Assembly (NCBI GenBank): GCA_043720995.1
Contig: JAYSRO010000445.1
Coordinates: 1-47,497 of the forward strand
Length of the DNA stretch: 47,497 nt
Reading direction: 5' to 3'
Origin: Candidatus Eiseniibacteriota bacterium
GTDB taxonomy: Bacteria > Eisenbacteria > RBG-16-71-46
Part shown: piece by piece, positions 8,580-17,535 of the stretch
Position numbering within the stretch: position 1 is the first letter of the stretch
Layout: the number at the start of each line of letters is the position of its first letter
Program-made: the position numbers and the translations under genes
The notes under the pieces: generated by a model
Told to the model about the DNA's origin: nothing
The model's input: the letters and a program-made list of their open reading frames with translations, nothing else
Databases searched by the model: none

Positions 8580-9554
8580 CCCTGCACCGGCGCCATCGGG
8601 GGAGCCCCCCGTCGCCTGTCGTTTCCGCATCAGCACTTGGCTCCCCTCTTCCGAGTACTCAACCGTGTCCATAAGTTGGTTGATCAGGAACACACCGCGC
8701 CCACCCGGCTTCGCGAGGTTGGCGCTATCGAGCGGGTCAGCTACGGCCGTCGCGTCGAAGCCCGCTCCCGGATCACGAACAACGATCACTATTTCCCCGG
8801 TAGCGTCGAACGTGACACAGCATTGCAGTTGCTTGCTCGGATCGTTCTTGCATCCGTGACGAATCGCATTTGAGAGCGCCTCACTCAGCGCCAGTTCGAC
8901 TTTCACCACCTCATCGTCGGACCACTGCTTACGCTCGAGCAACTCGCTAACGCCTCTGCTCACTTTCACGATGTTCGTCGGATCTGCGTGAATGATGATG
9001 TTGAGTTCGCAGGTGGAACAGTAGGGAACCAGGGCGCCGAGCCTCTCGATGCCCTCGAGCGCGAGGCTCAACTCCGCGAGATTGCGTCGCAACTCGAGTT
9101 GAGCTTCCACCTGGCGCCGCAGCGCTTCGAGCGCTTCCTTCTGGTCCTGGGCGAGCGTGCGAGGCTGGCGATCGATGACGCAAAGCGTGCCGAGTGCATC
9201 CCCTTCGCGGGTCAAGAGGGGAGCACCCGCATAGAAGCGGATGTGCGGGTCCTGGAGCACGAGCGCGTTCTCATGGAAGCGCGTGTCGTTCAACGTGTCG
9301 GGCACGATGAAGAGACCTGGCTGCTGGATCGCGTGGGCACAGAATGAAACGTTGCGTGCGGTCTCATTGACCTTCAGGCCGACGCGCGACTTGAACCACT
9401 GGCGGTTCTCGTCGACCAGGCTGATCAGGGCGATCGGTGTGCCGCAGATCTGCGAGGCCAGCAGCGTCAGGTCATCGAATGCCTGCTCGGGATCCGTGTC
9501 GAGGATGCGGTACTTGGTCAAGGCTTTGAGTCGACGGGCTTCGTCGGCGACCAC
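8571..9554 (-). CDS. GAF domain + RsbW/SpoIIAB-like anti-sigma factor kinase (HATPase_c_2)
   Basis: GAF: ILDTDPEQAFDDLT...ISLVDENRQWFKS...FYAGAPL...GTLCVID. Kinase: ELALSEALSNAIRHG, VRDPGAGFD, GGRGVFLINQLMD. GTG start at 9554 follows a purine-rich RBS. Confidence 0.88.
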   Translation of the reverse strand: MVADEARRLKALTKYRILDTDPEQAFDDLTLLASQICGTPIALISLVDENRQWFKSRVGLKVNETARNVSFCAHAIQQPGLFIVPDTLNDTRFHENALVLQDPHIRFYAGAPLLTREGDALGTLCVIDRQPRTLAQDQKEALEALRRQVEAQLELRRNLAELSLALEGIERLGALVPYCSTCELNIIIHADPTNIVKVSRGVSELLERKQWSDDEVVKVELALSEALSNAIRHGCKNDPSKQLQCCVTFDATGEIVIVVRDPGAGFDATAVADPLDSANLAKPGGRGVFLINQLMDTVEYSEEGSQVLMRKRQATGGSPDGAGAGDG

Positions 9555-9798
9555 GGCCCCCCCCTTCTGCCCAGGTTCCAAGGCGATACGTCTGGTCGGG
9601 GTCTGGGACGATTGAGACGGTCCGCGACCTTGGCCCCCCTTGTCAGGGCCGTATGCTACTCCCGCTTGCCCGCGGCAAGGAAGGCGCGAGATGGCGCGCG
9701 TCATCGCGTCGACCACCTTTTCACCTCCGTGGCCTTGGTCAGCCCTCACCGGGGAACGCGATCGTTTTTGCAGGCAGCCCCTTACTGGAATCGAGATC

Positions 9799-10269
9799 TC
9801 ACGCTGGCGGCTCGAACGCGCGGAGGAACGGCTCGCGCGTCAGCGAGAAGTCTTCGAGCTTGCGCTCGTACTCGCCGTGGAACAGGGGCGACGCCACGAG
9901 GAAGTCCGCCGTCGCGCGATTGCAGGCGCTCGGAATGTTGTAGAGCACGGCGATACGGAGCAAGGCCTTCACGTCAGGGTCATGCGGCTGCGGCTCGAGC
10001 GGGTCCCAGAAGAAGATCAGGATATCCAGGTCGCCGTCACTGATCTTCGCCCCGACCTGCTGGTCACCGCCGAGCGGCCCGCTCTTGAAACGCGTGACGT
10101 CGAGCCCGGTGTGCTGTGCGATCAACGTGCCGGTGGTGCCTGTGGCGAACAGTTTGTGCTCCTTGAGCACGGGCAGGTTGTACATCACCCACTCGAGCAG
10201 GTCCTTCTTGCGGCTATCGTGCGCGATCAGCACGACGTTCTTGACGTTCTGCATCTTCATCTTCGACAT
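9799..10269 (-). CDS. mgsA: Methylglyoxal synthase
   Basis: [26 protein letters not shown] and [20 protein letters not shown] signature motifs. Confidence 0.97.
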   Translation of the reverse strand: MSKMKMQNVKNVVLIAHDSRKKDLLEWVMYNLPVLKEHKLFATGTTGTLIAQHTGLDVTRFKSGPLGGDQQVGAKISDGDLDILIFFWDPLEPQPHDPDVKALLRIAVLYNIPSACNRATADFLVASPLFHGEYERKLEDFSLTREPFLRAFEPPA

Positions 10270-10383
10270 CGGAGCCTCGCAGGTTCGGGCGGGGTGCGTG
10301 ATGCACTGGACTTGGTGCGGCGAGCGGACCGCATGGGCAGCGGGAGTCTAGCGGAGCTCCGCTCGCGACGTACGCCCCAGCGC

Positions 10384-11301
10384 CTACGGAACCTCGTGCC
10401 CGACGGAGGCCTCCCAGATTTCAAACCAGCTTTGGCGATCGAGTTGGATGGCCTCGGCGGCCACCGCCGCACTGATGCGCTCCAAGCGGCCGGTGCCCAG
10501 CACGGGCAGCGGGCGCGCGGGGTGCATCAGGATCCACGCCAGCGCCACTTGATCCAGGGTCGCGCCGATCTGGCCGCCGATCTTCTCCAATATTTGAAGC
10601 AGCCGGGTGCCCCGCTCGTCCGTGCTCGCGAAGATCCGGCCGCCGCCGAGCGGCCCCCAGATCATCGGCGGCATGCGCAGGCGCTGCGCCTGGTCCAGCG
10701 TGCCGTCGTGGATCGGTTGCATGTGCGCCACCGAGAATTCGATCTGGTTCGTCAGCAGAGGAAAGTCGAGCCGAGACTGCAATAGCTCGAGCTGGAACGG
10801 CAGGAAGTTCGAGACGCCGCAGTGAAGCACCTTGCCGGATCGCCGCAGTTCGATCATCGCGTCCGCCACCTCGTCCGCGTCCATCAACGGATCGGGGCGA
10901 TGCACGAGCAGCAGGTCGATGCGATCCGTGCGCAGGTTCTGGAGCGAGCGCTCCGCCGAGGCCAGAATATGCGCGCGGCTCGTGTCGTAGTGATGCACGC
11001 GCGTGTCCGGCCGGTTCGGCGTGACGAGCCCGATGCCGCACTTGGTGACCAGCTGGATCTTGTCGCGCAGCCCGGGGGTCAGTGCCAAGGCTTTGCCGAA
11101 CGCGGCCTCGATGGCATACCCGCCATAGATGTCGGCGTGGTCGAACGTGGTGCAGCCCATCTCCAGGCAGGCATGAATCCAGTGGTTCAGCGCTGGGGCG
11201 TCGAGCTTCCAGTCGAACAGGCGCATGAGGCCGGGGATGGTGCGGGAGAGCGTGAGGCCGGCAGGGCCCAGCGGTACGATAGCGCTTTGCGGTTGGGTCA
11301 T
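10384..11301 (-). CDS. Aldo/keto reductase, YdhF-like
   Basis: TTFDHADIYGGY, IQLVTKCGI, DRIDLLLVHRPDPLMD, GVSNF, NQIEFS; start at ATG 11301 (MTQPQ). Confidence 0.92.
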   Translation of the reverse strand: MTQPQSAIVPLGPAGLTLSRTIPGLMRLFDWKLDAPALNHWIHACLEMGCTTFDHADIYGGYAIEAAFGKALALTPGLRDKIQLVTKCGIGLVTPNRPDTRVHHYDTSRAHILASAERSLQNLRTDRIDLLLVHRPDPLMDADEVADAMIELRRSGKVLHCGVSNFLPFQLELLQSRLDFPLLTNQIEFSVAHMQPIHDGTLDQAQRLRMPPMIWGPLGGGRIFASTDERGTRLLQILEKIGGQIGATLDQVALAWILMHPARPLPVLGTGRLERISAAVAAEAIQLDRQSWFEIWEASVGHEVP

Positions 11302-11407
11302 GGGGCGCTCCAAGGGCTGCGGGTGCGCTGCGGCGCCACGCGGCGCGCGGGGAACGTATCGGAGGCGCGGTGCATGGGCCAGCCGTGCGCTACCGGTCTT
11401 CACACCC

Positions 11408-12217
11408 TCAGGCGCTCTTGGAGTCCGGCTCCGTCCGTTCATCTCCTGTCGCCGTCGCGCCACAGAGTTCGCGGAGCGCGTCAAGATCTTCCACCACGCC
11501 CAGCACTTGCACCTGCAACTCTGTACCCCCGCTTCCCAGCCGCTGGATCACACCCTTGCTGATGCGATCCGCCGCGATGTGCGCGCCGGACTTCTCGGTC
11601 TGGGGCAACACGAGCACGATTCTCCCGTCGTCGAGCCGGGCCGCGTCGTCGATGAGGCGCACACCCTCCCGCACGCAGGTCGCGACCGAGCGCAGCGAGC
11701 GAAGCGTCGCGGGATCGAGCTTCGGCTGCATAAAGCGTGGGATCGTGAGGACCACTACCGAGAACGGTTTATGGAAGCGCACGTACTGCGTAACCATCGA
11801 GCGCAAGGTCGTCGTGGCGAAGTGTTCGTTGAACAACTGCGTGGGGCCATCGATATTCGAGGTACTCTCGAATCGCGCGAGGAATTGATGAATGCGACTG
11901 CACACGAGTCCGCCGCCAACGCCCATGATGGCGTAGGTGGCCGTCCGCATCAGCAACAGCAGGACGACATCGCGCGTGAGGCCCTCATGGAGGACCATCG
12001 GGATACGCAGGCCGAGGTAAGCCACGACGGCGAAGATCGCCATGGCGATGCCACCTCTTCGACCGCGGTGCACTGCGCCCACGAGCACGACCAGCAGAAG
12101 TGCCTGGGCGACCAGCTCCTCGATGTCGGGCATGGTCCGCAGGGTGAGGCCAACCCCCCAGAGCACGGAGAGCGAACCCACGATGAGCGCGATGAGTTCG
12201 AAGCGCGGGTATCTCAT
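11408..12217 (-). CDS. Membrane protein (about 4 TM) with C-terminal degenerate GGDEF-like domain
   Basis: Hydrophobic N-terminal half; D.PTQLFN, FSVVVL, VRLIDDAARLDDGRIVLVLPQT..SGAHIAADRI match the GGDEF fold with an RxxD motif but no GG(D/E)EF. Start at ATG 12217. Confidence 0.75.
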   Translation of the reverse strand: MRYPRFELIALIVGSLSVLWGVGLTLRTMPDIEELVAQALLLVVLVGAVHRGRRGGIAMAIFAVVAYLGLRIPMVLHEGLTRDVVLLLLMRTATYAIMGVGGGLVCSRIHQFLARFESTSNIDGPTQLFNEHFATTTLRSMVTQYVRFHKPFSVVVLTIPRFMQPKLDPATLRSLRSVATCVREGVRLIDDAARLDDGRIVLVLPQTEKSGAHIAADRISKGVIQRLGSGGTELQVQVLGVVEDLDALRELCGATATGDERTEPDSKSA

Positions 12218-12251
12218 GCCCACCCCAACGTCGTGATGCCGAAGCGCGGGC

Positions 12252-12608
12252 TCACAGGAGCAGCCCGTGTGCCGGGTTCGGACAACACACCTTGCCCGTC
12301 TTGGGATCGTAGGTATAGAGCGCCTTGACGTCCGCGGGGCACTTGCCAAAGTTCTTCGGGGGGTCCGCGTAGAATTCGCGAAGCTCTTCCATGGAATTGG
12401 GGCACTCCGCACCCTTCTCCATCTGGTAGTACACGAGGGCCTGTTGCATCGAACGCTGGTTTGAAACACAGGCGATGCGCCCCGCGCGCGAACTGCTGAA
12501 GACATGCGAAAGCATGCTGAAGCCTGCCAGCGTGATCAACACCGCAGCGAGAACCGCCATCTTGGCGATGCCCCAGCCGATGTCTGTGACTTCTGGCCGA
12601 TGTCGCAT
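12252..12608 (-). CDS. Small pilin/pseudopilin-like protein with N-terminal TM helix and Cys-rich tail
   Basis: ATG 12608 follows GGAGG; hydrophobic helix, then ACVSNQRSMQQALVYYQ (typical of T2SS-G/ComGC-like pilins) and KCP...YTYD..TGKVCCPNPAHG. No canonical G|FTLxE cleavage site. Confidence 0.65.
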   Translation of the reverse strand: MRHRPEVTDIGWGIAKMAVLAAVLITLAGFSMLSHVFSSSRAGRIACVSNQRSMQQALVYYQMEKGAECPNSMEELREFYADPPKNFGKCPADVKALYTYDPKTGKVCCPNPAHGLLL

Positions 12609-12793
12609 GCCGCCTCCCTGGCGACGACGTGGATTGCGCGGAGGCACCCGCCGTTTTCTCAAGCGTGCCCCATGGGGGTATCGGCGGGCGGGTCTGCGGG
12701 CTTGAGCTACCCGGCCGCGTGGGGCCCGGACTTGAGACTGGAACATCCCTTCGTTGATATGATGCACAAGGGTCGCGCCTGGCCCCTCGCACA

Positions 12794-12891
12794 GGCGGCA
12801 AGCACATTCCACCTACTGAACCGCACCGGGGTTCCCGGTGGATCCGAGTCAGCCGCTGCGATGGCGGCCCAGCTCCGTAAAGGGCGAACAC
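12794..12891 (-). ncRNA. Candidate cis-regulatory structured RNA, EAR/epsC-motif-like
   Basis: Minus strand reads GUUCGCCCUUUACGGAGCUGGGCCGCCAUCGCAGCGGCUGACUCGGAUCCACCGGGAACCCCGGUGCGGUUCAGUAGGUGGAAUGUGCUUGCCGCC, with hairpins GCCGC/GCGGC and CACCGGG/CCCGGUG and an alternative UCCACC/GGUGGA pairing. Family resemblance is from memory and was not searched. Confidence 0.45.
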
Positions 12892-12924
12892 AACAGCGCA
12901 TGATCCGCGCACAAGGAGCCGCGC

Positions 12925-14163
12925 ATGACTGCAGACACATTCGATCAATTGCTGTCCAAGTATGCCGACGTCATCGTGCATATCGGGCTGAACTTGCGCA
13001 AAGGCCAGCGCCTGCTCTTGCGCGGCAATCTCGACGACGCGCCGCTGATGCGCAAAGTGGCGGAGTTCGCCTACAAGGCCGGAGCGGTCTACGTGGAGCC
13101 GATCTACACCGACGAGCGCATCACGCGCATCCGCTTTGAACACGCCGATCCAGCAACGATCGACGAAGTACCCAACTGGATTCTGGCCCGCTACGAAGAG
13201 TACTACGAGCGCATGGATGCTGAGCTGGCGATCACTTCCGGGGATCCCGAATTGCTCTCAGGTATCGATCCCGGATTGATTGCGGCGAACCGCAAAGCAT
13301 CGATGAAGAGAGTGGAACCGCTCCGCAGGTTCGAGAACTGCAACAACTGGTGCGTTGTGGCAACCGCAACGCCCGCATGGGCGAAGCGAGTGTTCCCGAA
13401 CCTCCCGGCGAGTGAAGCGATCGCGAAATTGTGGAACGAGATCTTTTTGAGCTGTCGCATTTACGATGCCGACCCCGTTGCAGCGTGGAGCACACATCGC
13501 GCAAACCTCGAGCGATACCGCGACCACCTGAATCTCCAGCGATTCACCGCGCTTCACTACACCGCCCCCGGCACGGACCTGACCATCGGTCTGCCGGAGA
13601 AGCAAAAGTGGCAAGGCGCGCAGGCCGAGTACAAGAACGGCATCACCGGCATTCCAAACCTGCCCACCGAAGAGGTGTTCACCACCCCACATACGGAGCG
13701 CGTCAACGGAACGGTCTCAGCCACCATGCCATTGAACATCTCCGGTGCGCTCGTTGAGGAGTTCCGGCTCACTTTCAAAGACGGCAGGGCCGTGAACGTT
13801 TCGGCGAAGAGTAACCAGCAGACTCTCGAGAAGCTTATTGCGACCGACGAGAATGCATGCCGGCTCGGCGAAGTGGCGCTGGTGCCACACAGTTCGCCGA
13901 TCAGCCAGCGCGGCATTTTGTTCTACAACACGCTATTCGACGAGAACGCCTCCTGCCACATCGCGCTCGGCAACTCTTATCGCGAGTCAATCGTCGGCGG
14001 TGAAGACATGAGCGAAGAAGAATTCAAAGCCTGCGGCGGAAACAAGAGCTTGATCCACAATGACTTCATGATCGGCTCGAACCAATTGGATATCGATGGG
14101 ATCAGGGCCGACGGTTCCCGTACAACTGTGATGCGGCAAGGCGAGTGGGCGTTGGATGCATGA
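12925..14163 (+). CDS. Aminopeptidase, peptidase M29 family (AmpS/PepS/aminopeptidase T type)
   Basis: PNLPTEEVFTTP, RLGEVALVP, FYNTLFDENASCHIALGNSY, NKSLIHNDFMIGS; AAGGAG RBS. Confidence 0.95.
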   Translation: MTADTFDQLLSKYADVIVHIGLNLRKGQRLLLRGNLDDAPLMRKVAEFAYKAGAVYVEPIYTDERITRIRFEHADPATIDEVPNWILARYEEYYERMDAELAITSGDPELLSGIDPGLIAANRKASMKRVEPLRRFENCNNWCVVATATPAWAKRVFPNLPASEAIAKLWNEIFLSCRIYDADPVAAWSTHRANLERYRDHLNLQRFTALHYTAPGTDLTIGLPEKQKWQGAQAEYKNGITGIPNLPTEEVFTTPHTERVNGTVSATMPLNISGALVEEFRLTFKDGRAVNVSAKSNQQTLEKLIATDENACRLGEVALVPHSSPISQRGILFYNTLFDENASCHIALGNSYRESIVGGEDMSEEEFKACGGNKSLIHNDFMIGSNQLDIDGIRADGSRTTVMRQGEWALDA

Positions 14164-14267
14164 GCGCGCTCTTCGCGCCACGAGCCCAGACCGCCCCGCT
14201 ACCCACCGTCCCCTCGAGCTACCTCGACTACTCCGGTCGCGACGATGTCCTCTCGGGCGGCGTGAAG
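14160..14267 (+). pseudogene. 5' fragment of a proline-iminopeptidase paralog (diverged direct repeat of 16454-16554)
   Basis: MSALFAPRAQTAPLPTVPSSYLDYSGRDDVLSGGVK versus TTLFAPRAHAATAPAIPSSYLDYSGHDDILSGGVK; 101 bp colinear; similarity stops abruptly after GGCGTGAAG. Confidence 0.8.
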
Positions 14268-14300
14268 TGGAAGTTCGATCGCGCGGTAACGGTCAGGCCG

Positions 14301-16295
14301 CTAGCGAGCCACCACGAAACGGGCCGTTGCGCTGGACCCGGCTTGGATGACTCGCACGAGATAGACGCCCGATGCGAGCGGGTGTCCCGGCTCGACCGCG
14401 AAGCCATCTCCTCTGAGAAAATCACGTGCATGTGCGAGCAGGCGACCCGTGACGTCGAATACGTCGATAGTCACCGGTTGGGCCGACATTGCGTCCAGCA
14501 CGAGCTTCACGATCGCCCCCGTTGCGCCGATTCTGATCGCGCGTATCGCGAGCCGCCGCGCCCCGGCGTTCGCGACTCCGAGACCGATAGGCGACATGAA
14601 CGCTTGGGGCGTGAAGTTGGCGGTCGCGGACGGCTCGGGCTTGGACCACGCCGTAAACGCCAGGCTCACTGTGCCGTTCGCCGCAGTGTCGGGCGCCACG
14701 AGAGTGAAGGGCAAAGCCACCGTGCCGCCCACCGGCACAAACACGCTGTCTTCCGCCACTTCATTGGGCCAGTGCCTGGCGTTGGTGAACGCATAGCCGT
14801 GCATCGCATCGACCGTCGAGTTCGACGTGAGGTAGAGCAGCAGGGGCGTCGCAGCGCCGGCCGTCCACGTCACGGCGCCCGCGAATCGTATCGACGGGGC
14901 GTTCGCGAAGTCGACGATGCCGCTGGCCGGAACGAGTTGCGCATAGATATCGCCGACGGCATCGGAACGCGTGTCGGTCCAGGCAGCGACGACGCCACCG
15001 GCCCCGTCGGGGCAGATCGCCGCACTGGACTGCCCGCCCGCCGCGGTGCTCACCGGCGATCCGTGGGCGGGCCAGGCGCACGCACCCGAGAGGTTCAACC
15101 GTTGCGCGCGGATGTCGTTCGGGTCCATCTCGGTCCAAGAGACGATCACGTCGCCCGTGCTTCCGCGACATGCGCGTATGTCCAATTGGTCTCCTGGGGA
15201 TGTGCATACGGGGATCCCGTTCGCGGCCCACTGAGTCGTGCCCCCGGCGGAGACACGCTGCGCGTACACGTCGTAGTTGTTGCCGCGGTTGTCGGCCCAA
15301 ACCACAATCGCCCCATCGGCACCGTCTGCAACGATGGAAGCAACGCTCTGTTCCCGTGCGAGCACTGCCAGACCAAGCCCATTCGTGGGCCACGCCGGAT
15401 CCGGTGCGCCGGATGCCAGGACGTGCTGGGCGTACACATCGAAGTTGCCACCGCGATAGTCCGTCCAGCTGACGAACATGCCGCCTGAGCCGTCGGACGC
15501 GAGGGCCCCCCACGACTGACTGTTGGGCGCACGGCACACCGGCATGCCCATCGGGTTCCACGTGACGGCGCCGGCGGCAGAGATGTGCTGCACATAGATG
15601 TCGTTGCTGTTGTCGCGGTAAGCGCTCCAGCCGATGAACACCCCACCGCTGCCGTCGCCCAGGACCGCGGGGTCGTACTGGACACCGTTGTCGGTCGAGA
15701 CCCTGACGCCGTTGGCGGTCCAAGCCTTCGCGCCGTTGGCAAGAATGCGCTGCGCGTAGATGAAGTTACCAACACCATTGCGCACGTCCATCCACGCGGC
15801 GATTGCGCCGCCCGCGCCGTCGGGCGTGAGCGCCGTCGCGAGCTGGTAGCCGTCCGTCTTGCACAACACAACGCCGTCGGCGGCCCAGGCGGGGGCACCT
15901 GTCCCGGAGATCCGCTGTGCAAACACCGCGTTCGAAATATTTCTCCCGTCGGACCATGCGAGGACCGCGCCTCCCGAACCGTCGGACACCATCGAGAGGT
16001 CGTCTTGATTTCCGTTCGCGACGCAGACGGGGACGCCCCCCGCCGCCCAGGCCGTCGCACCCACGGCAGTCACACGCTGAGCGAACAAATCCTGCGCGCC
16101 ATTGCGGGCGTCGTACCAGGCGATGATGGCGCCGCCGGCGCTATCCGGCACGATCTGCGGCTGAGACTGCGAGTTCGCAAGCGCGCAGACCGGCAAGTTG
16201 ACGTTGGGTTCAAGGGGCCAATCGGCCGAGGCACAGCGTGAGATCGCAGTCGCAAGGGCAACCGTGATGACCAACGCGAGTGCGTTGGGGCGCAT
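14301..16295 (-). CDS. Secreted protein with eight ~55-aa DGxGG..W.D.R...D(I/V)YAQR repeats (probable beta-propeller) and a CTD-like tail
   Basis: Signal peptide MRPNALALVITVALATAISRCASA; 8 repeats counted; tail IDVFDVTGRLL...LASGVYLVRV. Start at ATG 16295. Confidence 0.85.
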   Translation of the reverse strand: MRPNALALVITVALATAISRCASADWPLEPNVNLPVCALANSQSQPQIVPDSAGGAIIAWYDARNGAQDLFAQRVTAVGATAWAAGGVPVCVANGNQDDLSMVSDGSGGAVLAWSDGRNISNAVFAQRISGTGAPAWAADGVVLCKTDGYQLATALTPDGAGGAIAAWMDVRNGVGNFIYAQRILANGAKAWTANGVRVSTDNGVQYDPAVLGDGSGGVFIGWSAYRDNSNDIYVQHISAAGAVTWNPMGMPVCRAPNSQSWGALASDGSGGMFVSWTDYRGGNFDVYAQHVLASGAPDPAWPTNGLGLAVLAREQSVASIVADGADGAIVVWADNRGNNYDVYAQRVSAGGTTQWAANGIPVCTSPGDQLDIRACRGSTGDVIVSWTEMDPNDIRAQRLNLSGACAWPAHGSPVSTAAGGQSSAAICPDGAGGVVAAWTDTRSDAVGDIYAQLVPASGIVDFANAPSIRFAGAVTWTAGAATPLLLYLTSNSTVDAMHGYAFTNARHWPNEVAEDSVFVPVGGTVALPFTLVAPDTAANGTVSLAFTAWSKPEPSATANFTPQAFMSPIGLGVANAGARRLAIRAIRIGATGAIVKLVLDAMSAQPVTIDVFDVTGRLLAHARDFLRGDGFAVEPGHPLASGVYLVRVIQAGSSATARFVVAR

Positions 16296-16404
16296 GGGGC
16301 ATGCCTCGAGTGAGTGGCAACCTCTAGCGTAGCACCCGACCTTCCGCAGCAGGTAGCATCGGAAAGGTGCCAATCCATCCAAGACCTGTTTAAGGGAGGT
16401 TCGC

Positions 16405-17454
16405 GTGCGATTCCTTCGTTTCCCGGCCGTCGCAGTCCTCGTGGCGATCACCACGCTCTTCGCGCCACGAGCCCACGCCGCCACGGCGCCCGCCATCCCA
16501 TCGAGCTACCTCGACTATTCCGGCCACGATGACATCCTGTCGGGCGGCGTGAAGATGATCCCGATCGTGACCACAAAGGGCACCTTCCACGTCTGGACCA
16601 AACGCATCGGCAACAACCCGCGCATCAAGGTGCTCCTGCTCCATGGCGGTCCCGGCTTCAACCACGAGGTACTCGAAGCGTTCGACAGCTACTTCCCCGG
16701 CGCGGGGATTGAGTACTACTACTACGACCAGCTGGGATCGTCCTACAGCGACCAGCCCGATGAGCCGGATCTCTGGGAACTGCCGCGCTTCGTCGAAGAA
16801 GTGGAGACGGTTCGCCAGGCGCTCCACTTGGGCCCCGACAACTTCTATCTCTGGGGTGGCTCGTGGGGCGGCATGCTTGCGATGGAATACGCGCTCAAGT
16901 ACCAGCAGAACTTGAAGGGGCTCATCGTCTCCGACATGGTGGCGAGCATTCCGCTCTATAATGAGTACGCCAAGCAGGTGATCTTCCCCCAGATGGATCC
17001 TGCGGTGCTGGCGGAGATCCAGAAGATGGAAGCGGCGGGCGACATACAGAATCCGCGTTACATGGAGCTGCTGACTCCGAATCACTACGAGAAGCACATC
17101 CTCCGGATGCCCGCGGCGGATTGGCCGGAGCCGGTGCAGCGCGCCTTCAAGCACATGAACCCCAAGGTCTACGTCCCCATGCAGGGGCCGAGCGAACTCG
17201 GCGCGAGCGGGAAGCTGGAGCACTGGGACCGCATGGCGGATCTTCAGAAGCTCACCGTGCCGACGCTCATGATCGGCGCGAAGTACGACACGATGGACCC
17301 GGAGTTGATGAAGAAAATGGCGAGCATGGTCAAGCTCGGGCGCTTCCTATACTGCGACAAGGGCAGCCACCTCTGCATGTACGACGACCAGAAGACCTAC
17401 TTCGAGGGGCTGATCCGGTTCATTCGCGACGTGGATGGGGGCAGGGTTCGATAA
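16405..17454 (+). CDS. Proline iminopeptidase-family alpha/beta hydrolase with signal peptide
   Basis: LLLHGGPG, YDQLGS.YSD, GGSWGG nucleophile elbow, YDTMDP, GSH; AAGGGAGG RBS before GTG. Confidence 0.92.
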   Translation: MRFLRFPAVAVLVAITTLFAPRAHAATAPAIPSSYLDYSGHDDILSGGVKMIPIVTTKGTFHVWTKRIGNNPRIKVLLLHGGPGFNHEVLEAFDSYFPGAGIEYYYYDQLGSSYSDQPDEPDLWELPRFVEEVETVRQALHLGPDNFYLWGGSWGGMLAMEYALKYQQNLKGLIVSDMVASIPLYNEYAKQVIFPQMDPAVLAEIQKMEAAGDIQNPRYMELLTPNHYEKHILRMPAADWPEPVQRAFKHMNPKVYVPMQGPSELGASGKLEHWDRMADLQKLTVPTLMIGAKYDTMDPELMKKMASMVKLGRFLYCDKGSHLCMYDDQKTYFEGLIRFIRDVDGGRVR

Positions 17455-17470
17455 AGCGGCAGCAGCCCAG

Positions 17471-17507
17471 CGGGAAGCCCACAACCTGCGCGATCGTGGG
17501 CTTCCCG
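17471..17507. terminator. Stem-loop between convergent genes, probable intrinsic terminator
   Basis: Perfect 12-bp stem CGGGAAGCCCAC/GTGGGCTTCCCG with a 13-nt loop; only a weak, offset T tract. Confidence 0.6.
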
Positions 17508-17535
17508 TACTGCCACCTTTTGCGATCCGCAGGGC

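Noticed and set aside
14145-15488. 447-aa plus-strand ORF
   Set aside because: Only the first ~40 codons are meaningful (peptidase fragment). The rest is antisense shadow of the propeller gene.
16316-16377. SAM-I riboswitch-like words GGCAACC...GGTGCCAATCC upstream of the iminopeptidase
   Set aside because: The AUC..GAG P1/P2 kink-turn region and the closing GAU strand are missing, and the 109-bp divergent gap leaves no room for them.
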